A DNA stretch of 64,000 nt from an uncultured virus (IMG/VR IMGVR_UViG_2808606498_000012) (IMGVR_UViG_2808606498_000012); one strand, 5' to 3'. Shown: positions 9,131 through 18,198, counted from the stretch's first letter. Program-made: numbers and translations. The notes: a model not told the origin generated them from the sequence alone.

Positions 9131-9581
9131 GCGATCGCGCCCCGAACCGATCTTCGCAGTAAGCGAGTGTCGAAGCCTGGAGGCCTTTGCGAACGCGCCA
9201 CATCCGCATGATCTGCCGGACCATGGTCGAGCGCGGCAGGTTGTCGCCACGTGCGCACGCTAGCCACCCGTCTAGGTATGAACGCGCCTCCCAGTATTGC
9301 TCGTGCTTCAGTTCGGAGCTGTCGTCCAAGCCGCGCCCGTTGAGATGGGCGCACAGGGCATCCCACACGGTGCCGGCGTTCACCAATCCTTCTTCTGCCA
9401 ATTCGATCTGCAGGGCAATGTGTGTCAGTTCGGCGCGCTGTTCTGGGGTCATGCGTTCATTTGCCGTTGATGGCGGCGCATGGCATTGAGACCCCCGGCT
9501 CGGATCGCAGATCACAACTTTGCCAATCTGGACGTTGCCGTGACCTTCGGTGATGCTCTGGTGAATGGTCTTGCCCTGCAC
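8994..9581 (-). CDS. 195-aa protein with N-terminal NVQIG motif and ORF6C/antirepressor-like helical domain
   Basis: GGAGG RBS 5 nt before GTG; TPEQRAEL..VWDAL..SELKHEQYWEARSYLDGW resembles the ORF6C pattern (by eye). Confidence 0.65.
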   Translation of the reverse strand: MQGKTIHQSITEGHGNVQIGKVVICDPSRGSQCHAPPSTANERMTPEQRAELTHIALQIELAEEGLVNAGTVWDALCAHLNGRGLDDSSELKHEQYWEARSYLDGWLACARGDNLPRSTMVRQIMRMWRVRKGLQASTLAYCEDRFGARSLIALSNSQLRAALWTTVADWHAYWSQMQAEPAHPASPTHRRQKDS

Positions 9582-9842
9582 CCTAACCTCCCCCCGCAAA
9601 GCGGTGCAGCAGCACGCCAACGCCATGGCAATTCACGTCGGCGGGAAAGGAAAGATATCTGTAAGTTTTAAAGCGGTGCAGGATAGACTGAGTTTTGCCC
9701 GACCCCAAGGGCAAATTTCGGTTTTGAATAATGACTTTCTTCAACATTCGACTTAAACCGACCGCACAATTGCGGCCGGAATGCAAGTCTTGATGCATCA
9801 ACTAGTTGCCTACAATCCCTTCCGCGGAGGGGATGAGATTGC

Positions 9843-10592
9843 CTAGGCTGACAAAGGCTCGCACGCCCGCAAACGTTCGCGCGCCACTTCGTGATAGGCC
9901 GTCTCCAATTCGCAACCGATCCAGGAGTGGCCCGCCTCCTTGGCTGCCACCAGGAACGTGCCCGCCCCGGCGAACGGGTCGCACACGACGCTCCCCGGCG
10001 GCACCAGGCGCACGACTTCACGCGCGAGCGCCAGCGGTTTCTCGGTCATGTGTCGCTTGGGCAGCGGCAGGCGTTCGTTGAAGACGCCAGGCAGGTAGAC
10101 CGGATTGCCGGCCGGCACCGCGCCCTTCGTCGCCCACACCATGAACTCGGCCTGCGCCGAGAAGCCGCCCGAACGAGGCCGCGCGCGGCCGACCGTCTTG
10201 TCCCACACCGCCACGCCGCGCCAGATGTAGCCCGCCCCCTGAATGGCATCGGTCAGACTCGGCAGTTGGCGCCAGTCGGTGAAGCACACCAGGTAACCAC
10301 CCTCCTTGGTCGCACGGTAGGCCTCGGCCAGCCAGGTCATGCACCAGAACGTCCAGGACCGTTGGTCCTTGTTGTCATGGCCGAAAGTGGCGTACTGAGT
10401 TCGCACACCAGAATTGATGTATTTCGTCCCAGGCGCCTGCGTGCGTACGCCGGCATGCAAGCCGCCCGACGAATACGGCGGGTCCGTGAAGAACAGGTCG
10501 ACCGATGCATCGGGCAGGTCGCGCAACACGTCCAGGGCGTTGCTACGGTGCAGGTGGTTGAGCTGCGCGGCAGCGCGAGCGTTCGTGCTCAT
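9843..10592 (-). CDS. Orphan N6-adenine/N4-cytosine DNA methyltransferase (beta class)
   Basis: DPPY near N-terminus, HMTEKP, DPFAGAGT near C-terminus. Confidence 0.93.
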   Translation of the reverse strand: MSTNARAAAQLNHLHRSNALDVLRDLPDASVDLFFTDPPYSSGGLHAGVRTQAPGTKYINSGVRTQYATFGHDNKDQRSWTFWCMTWLAEAYRATKEGGYLVCFTDWRQLPSLTDAIQGAGYIWRGVAVWDKTVGRARPRSGGFSAQAEFMVWATKGAVPAGNPVYLPGVFNERLPLPKRHMTEKPLALAREVVRLVPPGSVVCDPFAGAGTFLVAAKEAGHSWIGCELETAYHEVARERLRACEPLSA

Positions 10593-10752
10593 GGGTGGGG
10601 TCTCCACTGTACGAAGCTCGGCGGCTCTCTGGTGCGGGGCGCTCGGCCCTCAAAACGTTCATGGTCCCGCAACGCGGGCATTTGATGGCAAGGCGCACGT
10701 ATTCACCTGCGCCGAGTTTGCGGTGGCACGCACCGCAACGGATGTCCTGCAT
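10543..10752 (-). CDS. com: Mu Com-like zinc-finger regulator
   Basis: MQDIRCGACHRKL..IKCPRCGTMN; overlaps MTase start. Confidence 0.88.
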   Translation of the reverse strand: MQDIRCGACHRKLGAGEYVRLAIKCPRCGTMNVLRAERPAPESRRASYSGDPTHEHERSRCRAAQPPAP

Positions 10753-10785
10753 GAATTGCTGTTCCTGCTGTGCTAGGATGCCGGC

Positions 10786-10886
10786 GCCTCGCGAGGTGGC
10801 GCGGCCCTGGCCGGTCTGGCAGGTCCGATCTGCTAGAGCGGGTCGTGGTGGGTGCTCCAACACCCGCCACGTCGCCGCGTCTTTCT
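10786..10886 (+). ncRNA. Candidate structured small RNA antisense to the com leader
   Basis: Extended -10 TGcTAGGAT at 10771-10779; closing stem plus 10-bp and 11-bp hairpins with G-U pairs valid only on + strand. Confidence 0.4.
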
Positions 10887-11022
10887 TCCCTCGGCTGGCG
10901 GTTCCCGCCGGCCTGCCCCTTGCGAGGCTCCCCGTTTCACACGCTGGCCGTCACGGCGACGGCCCGGCGCTCCAGGGACAGCACCAGGATGCCGCACGCG
11001 CGCGCGCAAAGCACCGCCGGCC

Positions 11023-11047
11023 TGTTGTCGATCCCTCCGCCACAACA
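11023..11047. promoter_or_regulatory. Late-promoter activator box TGTTGT-N13-ACAACA upstream of com-MTase
   Basis: One of seven identically spaced copies. Confidence 0.7.
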
Positions 11048-11064
11048 CGACAACGCCGGCACCA

Positions 11065-11912
11065 TCACCCGGCGGCCGTACCCGATTCTTCCAACTTCTC
11101 CGGCTGGATCTCCAGCTCCAGTGCGCTGGTGTAGCCGCGATCGTTCAGGCTGTGCGTTACCTTGCCGACGCTCCACTGCGTATTGTCGATGTCCTTCTTC
11201 CACCCGCTCACGCTCGCATGCAGTGAGGGGAACAGGTCCGGCCGGCCGCGCGCCAGCGTGATCGAGAAGGTAGCGACACCGCGCTGAATCCTGCGCCACG
11301 CGGCGCGCGCGCCGCGCTCGGCGTTGGCCTTCGATGCGTAGGTGTGGCGCAGTACCTTCACGTTATCCGGGTTGGGCTGCGCGGCCACCGTCGCGGCCTT
11401 CTTCCTCTTCTTCACCTTGCCGTCCCGCTTCTCTTTCGTGACGGTGGCGTTGGAGGCGTCGACCACCACTTCGCCGCGCGTGCCGGCGCGGGTGTCCTGG
11501 TAGTAGGCCTTCACGCCGTTGTAGTTCTCCCGGTCAGCCACCAGGAAGGTATGCGTGTCGCCTGCCTCCCGGGTGATGCTGACCTTCGGCAAGGCGAGGC
11601 CGGATCCGCTGGTCGGCTCGCCGGCCGGGATGAACAGCAGTGTCCCGTTCTTCACGGTGGCGATGGCATCGAAATCGCGCGCCAGGCGCGTCAGGAAGTT
11701 TGCGTCCGACTCGCCGGTCTGGTCCACGTGTGCGATGACCTTGCCGGCCAGCTTCTTGCTGACCATGGACGTGAGCTTGTTGCGGGTGGCAATGGCCTGC
11801 ACGATGGCGCCGACGGTCTTGCCGGCGTAGGAGCTGTCCCGCCTGGTGATGAGGCCGCCGTCCAGCTCCACACTACGCGCGCGGATCGTGAGGCGATCCG
11901 GCGGGCCGGTGT
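11065..11912 (-). CDS. P2 late control/baseplate hub protein D, C-terminal part (copy A)
   Basis: HVDQTGESDANFLTRLA..ATVKNGTLLF; truncated by gap. Confidence 0.9.
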
Positions 11913-12012
11913 NNNNNNNNNNNNNNNNNNNNNNNNNNNNNNNNNNNNNNNNNNNNNNNNNNNNNNNNNNNNNNNNNNNNNNNNNNNNNNNNNNNNNNNN
12001 NNNNNNNNNNNN

Positions 12013-12643
12013 CCTCGGCGGGGCGGATGCGCTCGAGTTCGCGGTCGAGCTGCTCAGCGCTGCATTCCATCAGCCGCAGTTCGCCGCCGACGAGGTTGAG
12101 CCAGGCCAGGCCGACCAGCGGCGCGGCGCCGCGCTTGCCCGGGATCTGCGCGATGGCGAGCAGGTGGTTGTTGACCTTGTCGGACAGCAGCGCCGCGTCG
12201 GTCAGCGTGCCGGGCGTGACCACGCGCACGACCTTGCGCTCGACCGGTCCCTTGGTGGTGGCCGGGTCGCCGATCTGCTCGCAGATGGCGACCGATTCGC
12301 CCAGCTTGACCAGCTTGGCCAGGTATTGCTCGACTGCGTGGAACGGCACGCCGGCCATGCGGATCGGCTGGCCGTTGGTGGTGCCGCGCGAGGTCAGCGT
12401 GATGTCGAGCAGACGTGCGGCCTTTTCGGCGTCTTCGAAGAACAGTTCGTAGAAGTCGCCCATCCGATAGAAGACAAGCGTATGCGGATGCGCCGATTTC
12501 AGCTTGAGGTACTGCTGCATCATCGGCGTGTGCTTGCTAACGTCTTGTCCCGAAACTATCTGTTCTACTTCGTTTTTCACCTGCAATTCCTTTGCTGTAC
12601 TGGCTTCGTAGCCGATCGTGCCTTCTTTGATCGCGCCGTCCAC
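12013..12643 (-). CDS. mutS: DNA mismatch repair protein MutS, 5' part (start uncertain, probably element-supplied)
   Basis: [54 protein letters not shown]. Confidence 0.96.
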
Positions 12644-12675
12644 GCTCGTCTTCGTTCGCCAACGCTTGGCGATTT

Positions 12676-12982
12676 GGCGTAGCTTTTTGTCGTATGATGC
12701 TGAAAAACCTACGCCGCGCTCTTGGGTTGAGTATCAGCAAAACCTACGCCAAAAAAACCTACGCCATGTACTTCAATGCCCGCGCTGCCAAGCTGCTCAA
12801 GCCTGGCGAACATATGACCATCGACGGATGCCCTGGGCTGCGCTTTGAATGTAGCGCTTCACGCCGAAGCTGGATCTACCGCTACAAGTCGCCTGTGGAC
12901 GGAAAAATGCGCCAAGTCAAGCTTGGCGCGTGGCCGGCTATGTCATTGGCCGGCGCCGTCGTCGAGTGGGAAAAGCTACGCC
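12676..12982. repeat. AAAA(C/G)CTACGCC repeats, putative integrase arm sites
   Basis: Direct copies at 12704, 12739, 12754, 12971; inverted copy at 12676-12687. Confidence 0.8.
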
Positions 12983-14049
12983 AAGCGCGCGATACCGGTC
13001 GCGATGTCGCCGTCGAGAAGCGTTCTACTCGAACGCTGGCTCGGGCAACGACCAATGGAGAAATTGTACCGGAGCGTGTTCCGTACACCGTGCGCAGGCT
13101 ATGCGAGGACTATTTGGTTGGTCACATCGAGCGCAATCGCACATTCAAGGGCGCAAAGGAAGTGCGTCGAATGTTCGACACAATGCTTGAGTCGATAGCC
13201 GATGTGCTGCCGCAGAATGTGACTCGCGCCATGGCTTTCGATCTCTTGAACGCTTTTGCGCATATTCCGGTCCAGGCTGGCAAGCTTCGTACCGAACTGG
13301 GGGCCTCCTGGGACTACGGCCACGACTCCGGCCGGTTGGCCGAGGATGTGCCGAACTGGTGGCGTCAGATTATGCGCGGGCGCCTGCGCAGTGTCGGCAA
13401 GCGTATTGAGGGTAAGCCGATCGGAAAAGTGAAGCGCGTCCTGTCCGACCAAGAAACAGGGGAACTGATTCGCTGGCTGCCGAATTTCTCGGCTTTGGTC
13501 GACGACGTATGCACGATGTATCTGTGGACCTGCACGCGTGGTGATGACATCGTCGAGATTCGAGTCGAGGAGATTACCGAAGAGGAGGATGGTCTTTGGT
13601 GGACCATCCCGAAGGCAAAGACCAAGATTGCCAAGAACGACAACGCACCGGATCATCGAGTGCCGCTGGTGGGCCGTGCCGAGGTGGTGGTGCGGCGGCG
13701 CATGGCAAATGCCAAGGATGGTTGGCTGTTTCCGTCAAGGGCGGGAGGTCCAACTGAGCAGAAGGCCATTCAGAGTGCTGTCTGGAGTCGCCAGCCGTAC
13801 TGCAAGTCCCGTCCCGAGTTGGAGCGATCGCGCCTGCCAGTGACCCACTGGGCGCCGCATGATCTGCGGCGTACCGGGCGCACGATGCTAACTGCATTGG
13901 GCTGCCCGACAGACGTGGCCGAATCGATCCTGGGCCACATGCTGCCGGGTGTGGAGGGAGTCTACAACCGCCACACGTATGATCGTGAAAGGCGGGAGTG
14001 GTTGACGCGGCTCGGCGCGCATTTGGAGGCGCTCGCGGCCGCCAGGTAA
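12766..14049 (+). CDS. int: Tyrosine integrase (mutS-associated)
   Basis: GCPGLRF..RRSWIYRYKSP arm domain; catalytic R..K..HDLRR..LGH..Y. Confidence 0.94.
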   Translation: MYFNARAAKLLKPGEHMTIDGCPGLRFECSASRRSWIYRYKSPVDGKMRQVKLGAWPAMSLAGAVVEWEKLRQARDTGRDVAVEKRSTRTLARATTNGEIVPERVPYTVRRLCEDYLVGHIERNRTFKGAKEVRRMFDTMLESIADVLPQNVTRAMAFDLLNAFAHIPVQAGKLRTELGASWDYGHDSGRLAEDVPNWWRQIMRGRLRSVGKRIEGKPIGKVKRVLSDQETGELIRWLPNFSALVDDVCTMYLWTCTRGDDIVEIRVEEITEEEDGLWWTIPKAKTKIAKNDNAPDHRVPLVGRAEVVVRRRMANAKDGWLFPSRAGGPTEQKAIQSAVWSRQPYCKSRPELERSRLPVTHWAPHDLRRTGRTMLTALGCPTDVAESILGHMLPGVEGVYNRHTYDRERREWLTRLGAHLEALAAAR

Positions 14050-14277
14050 TCAACGGTGGCCGGTGTTCGGTGGTGGCGGAAGGTTGGACACCGGGCATGC
14101 CTCCGCCCATGCCTGAACTTCACGCACGAGCCACCCGACGCGGCGTGACGAAATCATACGTGGCTTGGGGAACCTCTCTTCGCGCACCAATTGTTGCACT
14201 GTTGTTTCGGACAGAGAGACTGCGGCGGCAACAGACTGCAGATCAAGGTAGATGACGGTCTTCACTTGCATTGTCAT
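14050..14277 (-). CDS. alpA: AlpA-family regulator / excisionase
   Basis: VAAAVSLSETTVQQLVREERFPKPRMISSRRVGW. Confidence 0.88.
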   Translation of the reverse strand: MTMQVKTVIYLDLQSVAAAVSLSETTVQQLVREERFPKPRMISSRRVGWLVREVQAWAEACPVSNLPPPPNTGHR

Positions 14278-14336
14278 TCAACATTCTTGGTTTATTTTGG
14301 ATCTTTTCGGGTAGCGGTCGGGGCGCACTGAACTCC

Positions 14337-17021
14337 TTACGCGTTGGCTCGCTTTCCAGACTCGAACACCCAGCACTTGACGGTCTCCGGCCGTTTGGGC
14401 GCGTGCAGGTGTTCGCGGTTGTGATAGGCACTGATGGCGCTGTTGACAGCGCGGATATCCACAAACTTGCGCTGACGCGAGGTTTTCAGCACGCGCTTCA
14501 AGTCCTCAATGGTGGGCAGCTCGATACGCCGCTCGCCGGCCGCCTGAGCCATGTGCTGAAGGTTGATCGCGATCAAGCCGGCCCCGCGTGAGTGGTTGAG
14601 GATGGGGCGGTCGTCGTCGGCCGACTCGATGAAGTCGTAGACCTCCCAAAACTGCTGGACGTGCTTGTGATCCGCGCTGATGGCTTGCTGACGCGCCGCA
14701 GCCATGCGGCCCAGCTCGGCCAGGCCGGCGGCGTGCTGCGCATCGGTCAGCGGCAAGACAAGCCGCAGGGCATCGACCATCGCCATGATTTGTGCATGGT
14801 TCTTTGCCAAACGCACCGTTTTCACTTCGGGGCGCTCCAGCAGAAATTGTTCGTGCTGCGACACGCAGGCATTGAATGCCTCCAGCACGCGGTTTTCTGC
14901 CATGACGGCCGCAAGGAGGAAGGCAGACACGTCCTCGATGGCGATGCGCTCCAACGCTTCTGCGGCGGCGCGCGTGGCGGGCGTCTGCGCAGAGCGGTCG
15001 CAGTAGATATGCACGATGCGCTGAAGCACCGCGTCGCTCGCGCTGACCTCGGCGTTCTGGCTTATGACGATGGCGCCGCGGAAAGGCGGCTCGTAGGTTT
15101 CGTTCCCACCGTTCTTGACCCCGCGCGCGCGGGTGCTGCGGCCGTTGTAGGCAGTCTTGAGCTCGTCCCAATCGAAGCCGCGCTGCTTGGCTCCCTCCTC
15201 ACCCCGGTCCGCCTCGATCAGCACCACAGGCAGATTGGACACCTGCGCGAAGTTCCGCGCGCGCGCCGCCAGGGACGATTTGCTCGGGTCGAAGCCCTCG
15301 TAATCACGTCGGCCGCACAGCTTCCACAGGAATTCAATCAGCGTGGTCTTGCCGGCGCCAGGTTCGCCCACCAGCTCCAGGAATGGATAGCTTTTGTGTG
15401 CCGAACGGATCTGCTCCGCAAACAAGCTGCCGAACCAGAAGGCCAGAGCGACGAGCCCCTTGGGTCCGAAAGCCAGCCACAGCAGGGCGAGCCAGTCGGC
15501 GGACATGGCTTTGACATCGGTGTTGAGGCTCAGGGTGGCGGACTGGCTGATGGTCTTGATGGCAAGTTTGCCGATGTCGAAGAAGTCTTCATCATTGAGG
15601 CGGTAAAGCCGACCGTCCTTGACCGCCACGTCGCCGTAGACGTAGCAGCCGTATTCCTTGCTGTATCCCACGTAATCGATGGTCTGCACCGTGGGGATGC
15701 GTGCGAGCTGGCGCGCGAGGTAGCCGTCGAGCTGGGCGCCCGTGCCGGTATACATGGCGCCCGGCGCCACGCCCAGCAGGCGCTTTTTGAACTCGCTGCT
15801 GCTGGCGATCTGCGCACTGGTGAAGGTCGCTTTGATCGGCTCGCCATCATGCGGAAAGGCCACGCGGAAGTAGTACCAGGACTCGTCGGTTTGCGGGCTG
15901 GCCTGGTAGTAGAGCGCGGTGGGCTGACAGTTGGCGATCATCTGCACCACGCCGGCGCGCAGCACGGCGTGCTCGCGCACTTCGTCGTCGGGCATGTCGG
16001 GGTGTGCTTCGCGCACCGCGGCGGTTTCGCGCTGGAAGGCGTCCAGTTCCAGCTTGAACCAGTACAGCCGGTTCCGATAGTCGAACGGGAATTGTGCGTC
16101 GCCGCCTCGGTGATAGGTAAGGCGGGCCTTCTCGGATGGGCTGGCAGCGGTGAACAAGTCGCCCAGGTGGCGGTATTCCTCCACGTGTTGCGGCGATAGC
16201 CGGTCACGCAGGTGCAGCTCGTTCCAATCCAATTTGAGTTTGCTTGCCTGCTTGGGTAGCGCTGCGGCCGCGGTCCAGCCGTCCGCACGGGCACGCTCGA
16301 TGTGCTGGGCCATGTAGCGACGGCCGGCGCGGTCATCGTCGAGCGCCCATACAAGTCGCGAACGTGCTCGGCCGGCAGCCGCGCATTGCTCCGCCAAAGC
16401 GGCCAGCGCGGCACGCGGGTAGTTGACGCACGATAGCAAGGCCACGGCCGCGATGCCATGGTGCAGAAGCGCGATCGCGTCAAAGATGCCCTCCACCAGC
16501 CACAGTTCGCCGGCCTCGGATGGCAGGTTGGGCGGTTGCCACCAGGTGCCGCCATATTGCCCGTGGAACGTGGCCTTGCGGTCGCCGAACCGCTCGGGCT
16601 GGTCGATGATGCGCTCCCAGTACGCTCCCGCAGCAAGGGGAAAGCGCACCGTAGCGCTGCCAATCTTCAGTTCGTGGCTGTAGTAGCTCTCCTGCACATA
16701 CCAGCCGGCAATGCGTGCCAGATCGAAGCCGCGGGCGTCGCGCAGGTAGGCATCCGCAGCGGCGTTGGGGGCGTCGGGCGAACGCACATAGCGGTCGCTC
16801 CACGACGCGAACAGCTCGGGGTACAGCTCTTTGACGTGGGACTCGGACGCGCATTTGTTGAGGCGGTTGCAGCGGACGACCCAGGGAGCGTCGGAGAAGG
16901 TCCACAGCGTGCGCTTGCCGCAGGATGGGCAGACACCCGCCTCCAGCTTGTTGTTGCGCTCCTTGAAGTCGTAGTCGCGCAGCAGGCGGGACACGATGTC
17001 GGCGGTGAGGGTTGGGTTCAT
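14337..17021 (-). CDS. Zn-finger/Toprim primase-helicase, copy B (894 aa)
   Basis: Colinear and highly similar to 3426-6131. Confidence 0.9.
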   Translation of the reverse strand: MNPTLTADIVSRLLRDYDFKERNNKLEAGVCPSCGKRTLWTFSDAPWVVRCNRLNKCASESHVKELYPELFASWSDRYVRSPDAPNAAADAYLRDARGFDLARIAGWYVQESYYSHELKIGSATVRFPLAAGAYWERIIDQPERFGDRKATFHGQYGGTWWQPPNLPSEAGELWLVEGIFDAIALLHHGIAAVALLSCVNYPRAALAALAEQCAAAGRARSRLVWALDDDRAGRRYMAQHIERARADGWTAAAALPKQASKLKLDWNELHLRDRLSPQHVEEYRHLGDLFTAASPSEKARLTYHRGGDAQFPFDYRNRLYWFKLELDAFQRETAAVREAHPDMPDDEVREHAVLRAGVVQMIANCQPTALYYQASPQTDESWYYFRVAFPHDGEPIKATFTSAQIASSSEFKKRLLGVAPGAMYTGTGAQLDGYLARQLARIPTVQTIDYVGYSKEYGCYVYGDVAVKDGRLYRLNDEDFFDIGKLAIKTISQSATLSLNTDVKAMSADWLALLWLAFGPKGLVALAFWFGSLFAEQIRSAHKSYPFLELVGEPGAGKTTLIEFLWKLCGRRDYEGFDPSKSSLAARARNFAQVSNLPVVLIEADRGEEGAKQRGFDWDELKTAYNGRSTRARGVKNGGNETYEPPFRGAIVISQNAEVSASDAVLQRIVHIYCDRSAQTPATRAAAEALERIAIEDVSAFLLAAVMAENRVLEAFNACVSQHEQFLLERPEVKTVRLAKNHAQIMAMVDALRLVLPLTDAQHAAGLAELGRMAAARQQAISADHKHVQQFWEVYDFIESADDDRPILNHSRGAGLIAINLQHMAQAAGERRIELPTIEDLKRVLKTSRQRKFVDIRAVNSAISAYHNREHLHAPKRPETVKCWVFESGKRANA

Positions 17022-17076
17022 CCCTTGCCCCCCAATATGGAAGTGGAGGGAACGTTCCTGATTTCGCAAAGCCGCA

Positions 17077-17415
17077 TCACAGGCTCTCCGGTACGGCCTG
17101 TTGCACTACGGCCTGTTGCACATCGGTAAGGGAACCGGCCGGCATGGCCTCCCAGTCGATCCCGTTCCATTGCGCAAAACGAATCAGCTGCTGGTGGTAG
17201 TAGTCGCCGCCCTGGATGTTCCAGAGTGGCACCGGTACGCCGCGCATCCACCGCCGGATGATTTCGCGGCCGATGTGTTCCACCAGCACGCCGGCGTCGT
17301 GGCTCTCGTTCCAGGCCGGATTGATCTGTGCGATATGCCACAGAGCGGCAAGGTAGTCGTCGGTGCAGCCTTGCAGGCTGTTGGTGTCGATGTTGAAAGC
17401 GATGGATGTTTTCAT
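17077..17415 (-). CDS. Hypothetical phage protein (absent at the equivalent position in prophage A)
   Basis: 112-aa ORF with host-like codon usage between primase and the DLKRRAA gene. Confidence 0.7.
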   Translation of the reverse strand: MKTSIAFNIDTNSLQGCTDDYLAALWHIAQINPAWNESHDAGVLVEHIGREIIRRWMRGVPVPLWNIQGGDYYHQQLIRFAQWNGIDWEAMPAGSLTDVQQAVVQQAVPESL

Positions 17416-17435
17416 GGTCGTTGTTTTAGAGAGGG

Positions 17436-17490
17436 TCAGTCGTCCAGATCGCTGGCGGCGCGGCGCTTCAGGTCAACGGGGTCGGAATTG
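17436..17490 (-). CDS. 3' end of homologue of 6164-6376
   Basis: PVDLKRRAASDLDD; truncated by gap. Confidence 0.7.
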
Positions 17491-17691
17491 NNNNNNNNNN
17501 NNNNNNNNNNNNNNNNNNNNNNNNNNNNNNNNNNNNNNNNNNNNNNNNNNNNNNNNNNNNNNNNNNNNNNNNNNNNNNNNNNNNNNNNNNCCCCTCCGGA
17601 GGGGCTAGTAGGCAGTGTGGCGCTTGTCGTAGAGTGCCGCCGTCTTAACACCAGCGGCTAACAATAAAAAGAGGGGCCGCCAACTAGAAGT

Positions 17692-18060
17692 ATGAAGTCA
17701 CGTTTTGAATTTCACGGCGAAGTAGAAAAGGTCATCAACGGAACCACGATTTTTCTCGCGCCGAGAGCCATTCGAGACACAGCAGCAACCCCTACCGGAT
17801 CGCGAGGCCGGCGCAAAAGACGCCAGCAGCTCGCTTTCCCTCAGCGTTGGAAGATGATTGCCCTGGTCTCGGTCACTAGTGCTGCGGTTGCCGCGCTGGT
17901 AACGAGCTGGGTCCTCGCGGATGCGCCTTTGTCCGATTGCCAGTGGGACGGCCACTTTTACTCTGTCGGCGCCATCATGCACGCCTATGAGTCGGATACT
18001 TTTGAGTGCGTGCTCGATCCAACAGCGCATCGCGATCCGTACTGGGTGCCCAGCGCCTGA
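17692..18060 (+). CDS. Single-pass membrane protein with C-terminal DUF1496-like domain
   Basis: TM helix then CQWDGHFYSVGA..FEC..W. Confidence 0.65.
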   Translation: MKSRFEFHGEVEKVINGTTIFLAPRAIRDTAATPTGSRGRRKRRQQLAFPQRWKMIALVSVTSAAVAALVTSWVLADAPLSDCQWDGHFYSVGAIMHAYESDTFECVLDPTAHRDPYWVPSA

Positions 18061-18198
18061 TCAGAATAAAAATCAGCGAGACTCAATCGCATTGCCTGGG
18101 AGCGGATATCGCTCTCCATTCCTGGGTCGCCGGCTGTCGAACACGACCAATTGACACAGCACGACTAGGGCATCGACGCTAGGCACGTTCGGCTGCCG

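Larger units (their letters stand above)
1860..11912. mobile_element. Prophage A, left arm (integration, replication, immunity, methylase module, end of late gene D)
   Basis: Ungapped run from tRNA-Ser through integrase, AlpA, primase, Ogr, repressor, MTase, Com and gpD. Confidence 0.92.
12533..17490. mobile_element. Prophage B, left arm, integrated at the 5' end of mutS (left boundary approximate)
   Basis: Integrase divergent from mutS followed by AlpA and a close primase paralogue, on one ungapped contig. Confidence 0.8.

Noticed and set aside
9843..10592. Restriction-modification system
   Set aside because: No endonuclease next to either MTase; the context is com-linked orphan methylases
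11873..12643. MutS fused to phage D sequence
   Set aside because: The ORF only joins them by reading through a 100-N gap
12676..12765. Short repeats as a mini CRISPR array
   Set aside because: 12-bp units, irregular 3-23 nt spacing, one inverted, no cas genes
14199..14214. CTGT-N8-ACAG LexA-box-like sequence
   Set aside because: Inside the alpA coding region with a non-AT-alternating spacer; likely chance
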